Positions 31,187 to 40,649 of a stretch of DNA of 64,000 bases are shown here, piece by piece. Where the stretch lies: assembly GCA_963674755.2 (NCBI GenBank), contig CAXXVS010000003.1, forward strand, positions 1,056,001-1,120,000, read 5' to 3'. The stretch is from Desulfobacterales bacterium. GTDB taxonomy: Bacteria; Desulfobacterota; Desulfobacteria; Desulfobacterales; UBA5852. A model generated the notes under the pieces. The model had not been told where the DNA came from, did not search any database, and saw only the letters and a list, made by a program, of their open reading frames with translations. Both the position numbers and the translations under genes were made by a program. How positions within the stretch are numbered: position 1 is the stretch's first letter; each line of letters starts with the position of its first letter.

Positions 31187-32266
31187 CTATTTGAACGACA
31201 CTTCTGCTTCTACTTGTTGAATTTGCATGTACGGACGGTAGAGTTCCAAAAATTCCTTTTGCGACTGCCAGACTTTCTGAAACATTTTGTCCGGGTGATG
31301 ATCGTATTTCTCAACAAAGCGGTTGAGAATTTCCTGCTGCATGTCTTTCGGGAATTTTATGATTTCGACGCCCATTTCCTTGTATTTCTGAAAGGCCCGG
31401 CAATCATCGAGCAAGAAGTGGGAAAGCGCCCGGGTAAGGCTGGCATCACCGGCGCGTCGCACAATGGCTTGCAAATCGGGAGGCAGGGCCTTCCATTTTT
31501 TGGGATTTACGATCAGTTCGTGGAAGCAGGCCATCTGGTGAAGCCCTGGGAAATACATGTACTTGGCGACTTCATGAAATCCCAACGGTAGGTCCAGGAC
31601 AGGCGTTGCAAATTCGGCGGCATCGAGCGTACCGCGCTGGAGGGAAGGAACGATGTCCCCGGCCGGCAACGTTACGACGGAAGCACCGATTTCCGAGAGG
31701 ATCTGTCCCCATATCAGGGAGGTCCTGTATTTCAATCCCTTATAGTCCTGCAGGCTTTGAATTTTCTTGTTGGCCCACCCGCCGCTTTCGGCATACGTCA
31801 TGGCCACCGGATAAACGATAACCTGGTCACCGTAAATTTCCTGATACAGTTCCAGACCGCCGCCGGCAAACATCCATGTAAAAAAACCTTTCAGGTCGAA
31901 AAAGGCCGGCGTGGCCGCCATCAGTGTAAGGGAGGGGAATTTGCCGATATGGTAGCCCGGCCAGGTATGCCCGGCATCGAGGATGCCGACGCGCACCGAG
32001 TCGAATATTTCGAAGGCCGGTACAATTTCGCCTGCTGAGTAGAGATCGATTTTCATCCTCCCACCGCTCATCTCCTCGACATCTTTGGCCCAAATTTCGG
32101 CGTCCTTGTGGACCCACAATGCCTGCGGCCACGGTGTCTGGACCTTCCACACGATGGGATCTTCCTTCGTCGCGCTTGCGGCCATGGTGCCCGGTGCAGC
32201 CACAAGAGCTGCGATGATAAACGCCGATAAAACAACCGCACTGATTCTAAAAGTTGTCCAACGCAT
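31187..32266 (-). CDS. dctp: TRAP substrate-binding protein (TakP-like, 2-oxo/monocarboxylate type)
   Basis: WKVQT.WP, V.EMSGGR..I....AGEIVP, GTLDAAEF and D..LGF.EVAKY. Confidence 0.9.
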   Translation of the reverse strand: MRWTTFRISAVVLSAFIIAALVAAPGTMAASATKEDPIVWKVQTPWPQALWVHKDAEIWAKDVEEMSGGRMKIDLYSAGEIVPAFEIFDSVRVGILDAGHTWPGYHIGKFPSLTLMAATPAFFDLKGFFTWMFAGGGLELYQEIYGDQVIVYPVAMTYAESGGWANKKIQSLQDYKGLKYRTSLIWGQILSEIGASVVTLPAGDIVPSLQRGTLDAAEFATPVLDLPLGFHEVAKYMYFPGLHQMACFHELIVNPKKWKALPPDLQAIVRRAGDASLTRALSHFLLDDCRAFQKYKEMGVEIIKFPKDMQQEILNRFVEKYDHHPDKMFQKVWQSQKEFLELYRPYMQIQQVEAEVSFK

Positions 32267-32391
32267 GTTACCTTCCTCCCTTTTGATGATGTTGCAACAG
32301 TGTACTGGTCTTTACCGCTTCTCCCTAAGTAAATGTGTTTGTGATGAATAAGTCGTATATGGCGCCGTATGTCCGACCATTTGCGCCACTC

Positions 32392-33855
32392 TCAGTTGGT
32401 ATCAGTGTCTTTATCGATGCCGCATAGCTTCATGGCGGCTCTCTTCTTCTCGGTCATGTTGGCCTTGCGGCCGATCATGATGCGCTGCGCTTGAGGAGAG
32501 CCGGCCCCATGCATGGATTCGGTCAGGTAGCCCACCGCTGCCGTTCCCAAGGTCAGGTTCTCGATCAGGCGCAAAATACGCATGCGATCAGCGGTTGCGA
32601 TGCCGGGCTGCGCTTTGAAGTACTTCTTCACCCACTTGCTGGTCGCACCGCCATCCAGATCCTTTTCGGACGGCAAGGTCACCATCAGTCCACCGGCAAT
32701 ATCCTGTGCTAGCCGTGCAATTTCGTAAGGGAATCGGGTCACATTCTGCTTATGGATGTTGGCCAGCAAGGTGTTGACGGCATAGGTGCCGCTGAGTTTT
32801 TTCTTCCCTTCAGTGGCGCAGGCCAGGCAGCCGCAATAGAGGGTCTCATTGAGATGGTTCATCTCGATGAGCTTGTCCCTGATGTGTGAGGCTTTGGCGA
32901 CGCCGTTGTATTCGGCGGCGAGTTGGCTGGCGCCGATGAGCACGTCGCCCACCCCGACTTTGCAGGCATAGCTTTGACGATGATAGGCGGCAAACATCTC
33001 TACAAGGGATCCGGCGAATTCATATTCGCCGCACATAAACACCCGGTCCCATGGGACAAAAACGTCGTCAAAAACCACCAGCGCTTCATGCCCGCCAAAA
33101 AGCAGATTGCCCTGATCGATCGTGCCGCCTTCCAATTTTCGGGTATCGCAGGACTGGCGTCCCATGATGTAAAGGATGCCATCGGTGTCACTGGGCAGAC
33201 CAAAGGAAATCGCATAGTCGCTGTCCGCCTCTCCCAGGGCAATGGTCGGCATGACAATCACCTCATGGGAATTAACGGCACCGGTCTGATGGGCTTTCGC
33301 GCCGCGAACGACAATGCCATCATCCCGCTTTTCCACCACTCTCAGGAAGTGATCCGGATCCGGTTGTTGGTGGGGCGGCAAACTGCGATCCCCCTTGGGA
33401 TCGGTCATGGCACCGTCGCATACCAGGTCATTCTCTTGAACATAAACGAGATATTCCTTGAACCTTTGATTGTAAGGGGTGCCATATTTTTGGTCGATGT
33501 TATAGGTGATGATGGACAGGGCATTGAGAGCATCCATGCCGACACAACGCTGGAAACAACAGCCGGTTTTGCGTCCGAGAAGCCGTCCCATTTTGCTCTT
33601 TTTGACCAAGTCATCGGTGCTCTGGTGGATGTGGGTGAAGCGGTTGATGCGGTTCCCGGTAAGGTGGGATCGTGCTGTCATTAATTCTTCGTATTCAGGC
33701 CGGTGGGCTAGTTCATATGTCTTGGCAACGGCATTCATCGAGGGCCTGATAATTGGGTCATCCACAACATTTTCAACCCGTTTTCCAAACATGTATACTT
33801 CAAGATCAAGTTCTCTTAGGCTTTGTTCGTATTGTTCGGGTGTCATCATGGGCAT
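32392..33855 (-). CDS. abfD: 4-hydroxybutyryl-CoA dehydratase (FAD, [4Fe-4S])
   Basis: CFQRCVGMDA, TDPKGDRS, YHRQSYACKVG and ESMHGAGSPQAQ. Confidence 0.9.
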   Translation of the reverse strand: MPMMTPEQYEQSLRELDLEVYMFGKRVENVVDDPIIRPSMNAVAKTYELAHRPEYEELMTARSHLTGNRINRFTHIHQSTDDLVKKSKMGRLLGRKTGCCFQRCVGMDALNALSIITYNIDQKYGTPYNQRFKEYLVYVQENDLVCDGAMTDPKGDRSLPPHQQPDPDHFLRVVEKRDDGIVVRGAKAHQTGAVNSHEVIVMPTIALGEADSDYAISFGLPSDTDGILYIMGRQSCDTRKLEGGTIDQGNLLFGGHEALVVFDDVFVPWDRVFMCGEYEFAGSLVEMFAAYHRQSYACKVGVGDVLIGASQLAAEYNGVAKASHIRDKLIEMNHLNETLYCGCLACATEGKKKLSGTYAVNTLLANIHKQNVTRFPYEIARLAQDIAGGLMVTLPSEKDLDGGATSKWVKKYFKAQPGIATADRMRILRLIENLTLGTAAVGYLTESMHGAGSPQAQRIMIGRKANMTEKKRAAMKLCGIDKDTDTN

Positions 33856-33899
33856 GTTATTTTTTTCCTTTTTACGTCGGCGTCCTTAAATTTTCCGTG

Positions 33900-36800
33900 T
33901 TATCGCACCTGTTGACAAAGACGGCGGTAGGTCTCTATCCGTTCCATTGAATCTCTTTTCGCCTTAGCGAATAATTTCTTTGCCATTTCAGGAGACTGCT
34001 GCATCAGGGAAGCATATCGAACCTCGCTCATGAGAAATTCCTCGAAATCCGCTTCTGGCGGTTTGGAATCAAGGATAAATGGATTAGCGCCATTTGTTCT
34101 GAGATCGGGATTATACCTGTAAAGAGACCAGTAACCCGCTTCAACCGCCCTTTTTGCCTGGTGTTGGGAATGTCCCATGCCCGATTTAATGCCATGGTTT
34201 ACGCAGGGCGCATAGCCGATGACCAGAGAGGGGCCATCATAGGCCTCTGCCTCCCGGATGGCTTTTAATGCCTGACTTTTATCGGCGCCTATGGCCACCT
34301 GGGCTACATACACATAGCCGTAACTGATCATCATCATGCCCAGGTCTTTTTTCTTGCTTCGTTTTCCAGATGATGCAAATTTTGCTATGGCTGCTGTGGG
34401 AGTTGCTTTGGACGACTGGCCGCCGGTATTGGAGTAGACTTCGGTGTCAAATACCATTACATTGATATTCTCACCGGAAGCCAAGACGTGATCAAGGCCG
34501 CCGAACCCAATGTCATAAGCCCATCCGTCTCCTCCAAAGACCCAATTTGAGTGCTTGACAAAAAGGTGGCTTTTTTGGACGATCCGGCCCAAACGGGAAT
34601 CATTTTCAAAGGGTTTTAATGCTGCGGCCAGTTTTGTGGCCCTGGCCCTCGATCCTTTGGTTTCATTCATCCCCTCAAGCCATTCCCTCATTGCCGTTTC
34701 AAGTTTTTTATCGACCCCTTCGTCCAATACCTTTTTGATGTCTGACGCCAAAGCCCGGCGAACGGTTTTGGCGCCCACATGCATTCCATATCCATATTCG
34801 GCGTTGTCTTCAAAAAGGGAGAATCCCCAGGCAGGACCGTGACCGCAACTGTTTTTGGTGTAGGGCACCGATGGTGCCGATCCACCCCAGACCGTTGCAC
34901 AGCCGGCAGAATTGGAAACCACCATCCGGTCTCCGAAAAGCTGGGTAATCAACTTCGCGTACGGGGTCTCGCCGCAACCGGCACAGGCTCCTGAAAATTC
35001 GATCAGCGGTTTGAGGAACTGGCTTCCTTTTACAGTGGAAATCTGTTTGTCGGTAAGTTCCGGTGGCTCAATGTCTTTGACATAGTCCCACAGCTCCACA
35101 TAGGTATCCCGTTTGTCTGCAAGGGGTTTCAACTCAATTGCCTTCTCTTTTGCGGGGCAGACATCTACGCAGTTTCCGCAACCCGTGCAGTCAAGAGCTG
35201 AAAATCCCATGAAATATTTACCTTCATAACTCTTGCCCAAGGCCTTGGGGGCTGTCATACTTGGAGGGGCCTTTTCAACCTGTTCATCAGAAAGCAGCAT
35301 GGGTCTGAGCACCCCATGGGGACAGACAAAGGCGCACTGGTTGCATTGTATACAGTTATCCGGACTCCAGTCGGCAACAAACAGAGAAATGGCTCTTTTC
35401 TCATATTTTGTCGTGCCGGTCGGATAGGTCCCGTCCTCATTTCCGTTAAAGACGCTAACCGGAAGGGTGTCTCCTCTCTGCTGGTTCATTGGACCCAGTA
35501 TTTTTTCGACAAATTCAGGGACATCTACTTCTTGGGTTTCATGGTCACCGACGGCATCCTTCCAGGACGTCGGGACATTAACCTTTAGCGATGCTTCCAT
35601 GCCCTGATCAATGGCCTGAAAGTTCATCTCCACGACACTTTTTCCCTTCCTGCCGTAATTTTTTTCAACCTCCTTTTTCAGATATTTTGCAGCATCGTCG
35701 GCGGGTATGACCCCGGTAAGTTTGAAAAACGCAGCCTGCATGACCATGTTGATCCTGTTGCCAAGTCCGATTTCCCTTGCAAGATCAACGGCGTTGATGG
35801 TGTAAAAATTCACATCCTTGGCAGCAATGGTCTGTTTCAAGCTAGCAGGCAACTCTTTTTCCAGGTCATTTTCCGACCAAATGCAATTCAAGAGAAAAGT
35901 TCCACCCGGCTTAATATCATCCAGAAGATTGTATTGATGAACATAGGCTTGGTTATGGCAAGCAATGAAATCCGCATTGGTAACCTGGTAGGAGGATCGA
36001 ATCTTGGTGTCGCCAAATCTCAGATGCGAGATAGTCACTCCGCCTGATTTTTTTGAATCATATGCAAAATAAGCCTGCACATATTTATCTGTATGGTCAC
36101 CGATGATTTTAACGGCCGACTTATTGGCTCCCACAGTGCCGTCGGACCCCAGTCCCCAGAATTTACAGGCGATGGTGTTCTTCGGAGTGGGGTTGAATGG
36201 CTCTTTAAAAGGCGGAAGAGACCTGAAAGTGACATCATCAACAATCCCGACGGTAAACTGATCCCGTGGGTTTTCAGAATCCATGTTTGCAAGAACTTCT
36301 TTAACGTTTAATGGTGAAAATTCCTTGGAGGCCAGTCCGTATATACCGCCAAGTATAAGGGGGGGATATTTCCTGCCGTAAAAGGCGTTTTTAACATCCA
36401 GGTAAAGGGGTTCGCCCGGGGCACCAGGCTCCTTTGTCCGGTCTAAAACAGATAGCCTTTTTACTGTTTTGGGAAGGGCGTCAATGAGGTGTTTGCTGGA
36501 AAATGGCCGATACAGGTGAACCTCCAAAATACCGTATTCGGATCCATCCTGGTTGAGGTATTCAATGGTTTCCCTGATCACATCACAGGCAGACCCCATT
36601 GCGATGATCACATTCTCAGCGGTTTCGGACCCATGATAATTAAAGAGCTTGTAATTTCTTCCGGTCAGCGCGCTCATCCTGTCCATGTGTTTTTGAAAAA
36701 TCTCGGGCAAGGGCTCGTAAAATTTATTGACGGCTTCCCGTGTCTGGAAGAAAATGTCCGGATTTTGGGTTGTCCCTCGGAGCACAGGGTTGTCTGGATT

Positions 36801-37427
36801 TAATGAGCGGGAACGAAACTGGGCGATGGCCTTCAGATCGACCATTTCTGAAAGTTTGTCATAGTCCAGTAGTTCTATTTTTTGCAGTTCATGGGAAGTT
36901 CTGAACCCGTCAAAAAAATGGAGAGTCGGTATCCTGGATTCAATGGAAACAAGGTGTGCTACTGCCCCTAAGTCCATACATTGCTGGACATTGCTGGATG
37001 CTAGAAGGGAAAAACCGGTCTGCCTGGCAGCCATAACGTCCTGATGGTCTCCGAAAATGCTCAGGGCGTTGGATGCCAGGGATCTAGCGCTTACATGAAA
37101 AACTCCAGGCAAGAGCTCTCCTGCGATCTTGTACATATTGGGAATCATGAGCAGCAGTCCCTGGGAAGCTGTGTATGTAGCGCTCAGGGCACCGCTCTGG
37201 AGGCAGCCATGGAGTGTCCCTGCGGCCCCTCCTTCGGATTGCATTTCCCTGAGTTCTACCTGCTGGTCAAAAATATTTTTAATGCCTGCAGCGGCCCATT
37301 CGTCTATCGACTCGGCCATAGGGGAAGATGGTGTAATCGGATAAATGATTGCGGTATCGATAAATGCATATGACGCGTATGCGGCAGCTGTGTTACCGTC
37401 CATTGTCTTTTTTCTGTAAGTTTTCAT
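33900..37427 (-). CDS. nifJ: Pyruvate:ferredoxin (flavodoxin) oxidoreductase, single-chain type
   Basis: YPITPSS, FFDGFRTSHE, GLGSDGTVGANK, two 4Fe-4S motifs, GACAGCGET and GGDGWAYDIG. Confidence 0.96.
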   Translation of the reverse strand: MKTYRKKTMDGNTAAAYASYAFIDTAIIYPITPSSPMAESIDEWAAAGIKNIFDQQVELREMQSEGGAAGTLHGCLQSGALSATYTASQGLLLMIPNMYKIAGELLPGVFHVSARSLASNALSIFGDHQDVMAARQTGFSLLASSNVQQCMDLGAVAHLVSIESRIPTLHFFDGFRTSHELQKIELLDYDKLSEMVDLKAIAQFRSRSLNPDNPVLRGTTQNPDIFFQTREAVNKFYEPLPEIFQKHMDRMSALTGRNYKLFNYHGSETAENVIIAMGSACDVIRETIEYLNQDGSEYGILEVHLYRPFSSKHLIDALPKTVKRLSVLDRTKEPGAPGEPLYLDVKNAFYGRKYPPLILGGIYGLASKEFSPLNVKEVLANMDSENPRDQFTVGIVDDVTFRSLPPFKEPFNPTPKNTIACKFWGLGSDGTVGANKSAVKIIGDHTDKYVQAYFAYDSKKSGGVTISHLRFGDTKIRSSYQVTNADFIACHNQAYVHQYNLLDDIKPGGTFLLNCIWSENDLEKELPASLKQTIAAKDVNFYTINAVDLAREIGLGNRINMVMQAAFFKLTGVIPADDAAKYLKKEVEKNYGRKGKSVVEMNFQAIDQGMEASLKVNVPTSWKDAVGDHETQEVDVPEFVEKILGPMNQQRGDTLPVSVFNGNEDGTYPTGTTKYEKRAISLFVADWSPDNCIQCNQCAFVCPHGVLRPMLLSDEQVEKAPPSMTAPKALGKSYEGKYFMGFSALDCTGCGNCVDVCPAKEKAIELKPLADKRDTYVELWDYVKDIEPPELTDKQISTVKGSQFLKPLIEFSGACAGCGETPYAKLITQLFGDRMVVSNSAGCATVWGGSAPSVPYTKNSCGHGPAWGFSLFEDNAEYGYGMHVGAKTVRRALASDIKKVLDEGVDKKLETAMREWLEGMNETKGSRARATKLAAALKPFENDSRLGRIVQKSHLFVKHSNWVFGGDGWAYDIGFGGLDHVLASGENINVMVFDTEVYSNTGGQSSKATPTAAIAKFASSGKRSKKKDLGMMMISYGYVYVAQVAIGADKSQALKAIREAEAYDGPSLVIGYAPCVNHGIKSGMGHSQHQAKRAVEAGYWSLYRYNPDLRTNGANPFILDSKPPEADFEEFLMSEVRYASLMQQSPEMAKKLFAKAKRDSMERIETYRRLCQQVR

Positions 37428-37520
37428 TAAAAAGTCCGTTTTACATATGTAGAATTGAATAGTGCGACATATAACCTTTAAGACCACGATCTAAATAAGC
37501 TGCGCGGTGTATACTCCGTG

Positions 37521-38327
37521 TTAACCTGCTTCCATTGAACGCGATATTTCTCTTGCTGTTTCTTTAACCATTTCAGAAAATAAAAGGCTTTTCTTTTTAT
37601 TAATTCTGTTTTTTGGGGTAGAAATACTTATCGAGGCAAGGCATTCATTATTGGAATTCACGATTGGTGCTGCGACACAGTAAACGCCGATTAAGGCCTC
37701 CTCATCATCGAACGCCGCACCATTTTTCCGCACTACTTCGACAGCCTTGATTAATTCCGCCATCGTGCCGATAGAATTCTCTGTCATTTTTTTCAGCCGA
37801 CTTTTTCCTCCATGAATCCTTCGTATATCCTCATTTGAAAGATACGAGAGAAATATTTTTCCCGTTGCAGAACAATGAACCGGGAACCTTGTACCTGCAG
37901 GAGTTGAAATCCTGAGCATCTCCTCGGACTCTAATCTGTATATATATCGTATCTGGTTGTATTCATTTACCGCAGCGTTGACCGTCTCTTTGCAATTCAG
38001 ATGCAGCTCACGCAAAAACGGAATCATAGACTTGCGTAGGAAACTTTCCTTTTTGTTGGGAGTTCCTATAGAGAGTGCGCGAAAGCCCAAGCCATACAAT
38101 TTTGTTGTTGGGTATTGCCTTACAAACTTTCTGTCGCGAAGAGTCCCAAGTATACGATGGACAGTCCCCTTGCCATATCCAAGCTTCTGGCAAATCTCCG
38201 TTATTGAAAGGTCTCGGCCCTCGTCGATCATCAACTCCAAAATGAGCAAAGCCTTTTCCAATGACTTTACCTGATAGGGATTGGCAGGTTTTTTTTTGTT
38301 AGCGGTATCTTTTTCTTTTGAAACCAT
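37521..38327 (-). CDS. IclR family transcriptional regulator
   Basis: VKSLEKALLIL, GTVHRIL, HCSATGK and CVAAPI. Confidence 0.93.
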   Translation of the reverse strand: MVSKEKDTANKKKPANPYQVKSLEKALLILELMIDEGRDLSITEICQKLGYGKGTVHRILGTLRDRKFVRQYPTTKLYGLGFRALSIGTPNKKESFLRKSMIPFLRELHLNCKETVNAAVNEYNQIRYIYRLESEEMLRISTPAGTRFPVHCSATGKIFLSYLSNEDIRRIHGGKSRLKKMTENSIGTMAELIKAVEVVRKNGAAFDDEEALIGVYCVAAPIVNSNNECLASISISTPKNRINKKKSLLFSEMVKETAREISRSMEAG

Positions 38328-38346
38328 CGCTCCCTCCTGCTATAAA

Positions 38347-38449
38347 GTTCTGTAATTCAGAACTCTGTGTAGTAATATAGAACTATAAATACATTTTTTG
38401 ATCAAGAAAAATATTCTGTAATATAAAATTCAGTTCTGCTTTACAGAAC
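38347..38449. promoter_or_regulatory. Four 17-bp GTTCTG-N5-CAGAAC-type operators in two pairs
   Basis: Perfect palindromes at 38347 and 38433; degenerate copies at 38367 and 38413 (20-bp spacing within each pair). Confidence 0.7.
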
Positions 38450-38604
38450 AAACAAAAGTCAAAAATTCATAATTACCAAATATAATTGATAATAAATGGT
38501 TTTTAAATTTAACTTAATATTGCCAATATCCCAATTCATGACAAAGATTTTAAGGAGAAATGGTTCAAAATTGATCTTGACAATAGCAATCAGCCATGTT
38601 CTTA

Positions 38605-38639
38605 ATTCGTAAATACGTATATCGTCCGTATATGCGTAC
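38605..38639. promoter_or_regulatory. Tandem GTNCG-N6-CGNAC-like operators upstream of the second IclR gene
   Basis: ATTCGTAAATACGTAT (38605) and GTCCGTATATGCGTAC (38624). Confidence 0.5.
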
Positions 38640-38711
38640 AAACAATTCTGCTCTTACAATTTGTTAAAATTGACCGATAGATGAACCTTTTTCACTCACC
38701 AGGGAATCGGA

Positions 38712-39503
38712 ATGGCTAAGATTATTCCATCAGTAAAGCGGGCATTAGATATATTGGGGCTGTTTCTAAATGGGGAGCAATCAATTTCAGTACCGCAGAT
38801 CACAACTCTGCTTCAAATACCTCGTACTACTGCGCACGATATTGTCAATACTTTGATAGAGTGTGGATATCTTGAAAAAGATATCAGTCACTCAAATCAT
38901 TTTAAGATAGGGCTTCGTGCCTTTGAATTAGGGAGCATTTACGCATCTCGCCTCAACCTATCTGAAGAGGGGCTGCAAGTTGCGCAGGGAATATCTCAGT
39001 CTTGCGATGAAACCGTCCAGGTTGCAATTCTCGATGGCACCGATGCCGTCTTTATCATTCGGGTGGATAGTTCTCGCACACTAAGATTGGTGTCTGAAGT
39101 TGGCACACGGTTATATGCCCATTGTACTGCTGTTGGTAAAATGATGTTGTCCGGCTTAACCGACGATGAATTACTCATGCTATACAAAGGAAAATCCCAA
39201 CTACCTGGAATGACCCAAAATAGCATTACAACAATTGATCGTTTGTTGAGAGAGTTATACAAAATCCGAAGACGTGGGTACGCTTATGATGACTGCGAGT
39301 CTAACAAAGATGCTAGGTGTGTTGCGGCACCGATATATGACAGCAACGACAGTATTTGTGCAGCAATCAGTATTACCGTGCCCATCACTCGAATGAACGA
39401 AAAGCGAAAGAAACTGCTTTTAAATATTTTGCAACGTGGTTCTCAAAGTTTATCTCGAAGAATGGGTGGTGGTCTTAAATTTAACAAAGATTACAATTAT
39501 TAA
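38712..39503 (+). CDS. IclR family transcriptional regulator
   Basis: IPSVKRALDIL, HCTAVGK and RCVAAPI. Confidence 0.93.
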   Translation: MAKIIPSVKRALDILGLFLNGEQSISVPQITTLLQIPRTTAHDIVNTLIECGYLEKDISHSNHFKIGLRAFELGSIYASRLNLSEEGLQVAQGISQSCDETVQVAILDGTDAVFIIRVDSSRTLRLVSEVGTRLYAHCTAVGKMMLSGLTDDELLMLYKGKSQLPGMTQNSITTIDRLLRELYKIRRRGYAYDDCESNKDARCVAAPIYDSNDSICAAISITVPITRMNEKRKKLLLNILQRGSQSLSRRMGGGLKFNKDYNY

Positions 39504-39533
39504 CGATAAAATTAATCCATATCGGAGGTAAGC

Positions 39534-40535
39534 ATGCTTATTGTTCAGCTACGCGATCAGGAAGGAATGCCAAAAGTCGGTGTCGTCTCGGGTGATGGCA
39601 AAAAACTCAAGATAGTTTACGACGCGAAGAGCCTGTACGCGTTGTCGATGGATGCCATTGCGAAGGGCGTTAAACTAACGGATTACATTTTGGAAACAGG
39701 CTTCGAGGCATCGGAGAACTATGACAATGTCGCCAACAGCGGCAGACTCCGGCTGCCGCTCAACCACCCTGACGAAGCGCATGCCATGATCTCGGGCACC
39801 GGCCTGACGCATACGGGCAGCGCGGCCGGTCGTGATACGATGCACAAAAAGAAGCTGTCCGATGCGGAAGCCGTGACGGATTCCATGCGGATATTTCGTT
39901 TGGGTCTGGAAGGGGGGAAACCTCAAGATGGTGATATCGGTTTTCAACCCGAATGGTTTTACAAGGGCACGACCAAAATGGCGGTTAGTTGCGGCCAACC
40001 GATACGGATGCCCGGGTTTGCACTGGATGGCGGAGAGGAGCCGGAGCTGGCGGGTCTCTATATCATTGGCCCTGACCGAAGACCCTGGCGGGTTGGCTTT
40101 TGTTTGAGCAACGAATTTTCGGACCATGTCATGGAAAAGCAAAACTACTTGAATCTGTCGCACTCCAAACTGCGTCCCTGTTCTTTTGGTCCGGAAGTTT
40201 ATGTCGGTGAAGCGCTGCCCAAAGATATTCGCGGATATGCCAAAATAGAAAGAGAAGGGCGGGAGGTTTGGAAGCGTGATTTTTTAACCGGCGAAGCCAA
40301 CATGTCACACCATATTGCCAATTTGGAGCACCACCATTTTAAGTACGAGGAATTCAGGTCCGAAGGTGATGTGCATATCCACTTTTTCGGCACTTCTACG
40401 CTGAGTTTCTCGGACGGATTCCAAACCCAAGACGGCGATATTTTTGAAATCTGGGCGCCGCCCTTTATCAGGCCGCTGCGCAATCCCCTGCATGTCGAAA
40501 AGCGCAACCCCCTCATTACGGTGGCACCGCTGTAA
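39534..40535 (+). CDS. araD1: AraD1/GguC family protein (FAH superfamily)
   Basis: SGTGLTH.GSA..RD.MH, QPEWFYKG, DGGEEPE, NEFSDH and HHFKY. Confidence 0.88.
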   Translation: MLIVQLRDQEGMPKVGVVSGDGKKLKIVYDAKSLYALSMDAIAKGVKLTDYILETGFEASENYDNVANSGRLRLPLNHPDEAHAMISGTGLTHTGSAAGRDTMHKKKLSDAEAVTDSMRIFRLGLEGGKPQDGDIGFQPEWFYKGTTKMAVSCGQPIRMPGFALDGGEEPELAGLYIIGPDRRPWRVGFCLSNEFSDHVMEKQNYLNLSHSKLRPCSFGPEVYVGEALPKDIRGYAKIEREGREVWKRDFLTGEANMSHHIANLEHHHFKYEEFRSEGDVHIHFFGTSTLSFSDGFQTQDGDIFEIWAPPFIRPLRNPLHVEKRNPLITVAPL

Positions 40536-40649
40536 CAGCGAAAAATGGGGCGACTTTGGTCAAAAGTCTATCCTCTGCATGAAGGCGTAACTTTATTCTG
40601 TCAAGCGCTTGAAGCCGACAAGAGCGGTCGAGCGAATACCTAAAGGGAA

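Noticed and set aside
38347..38449. CRISPR-like repeats
   Set aside because: 17-bp palindromes only 3 bp apart within pairs, no spacers and no cas genes; better read as operators
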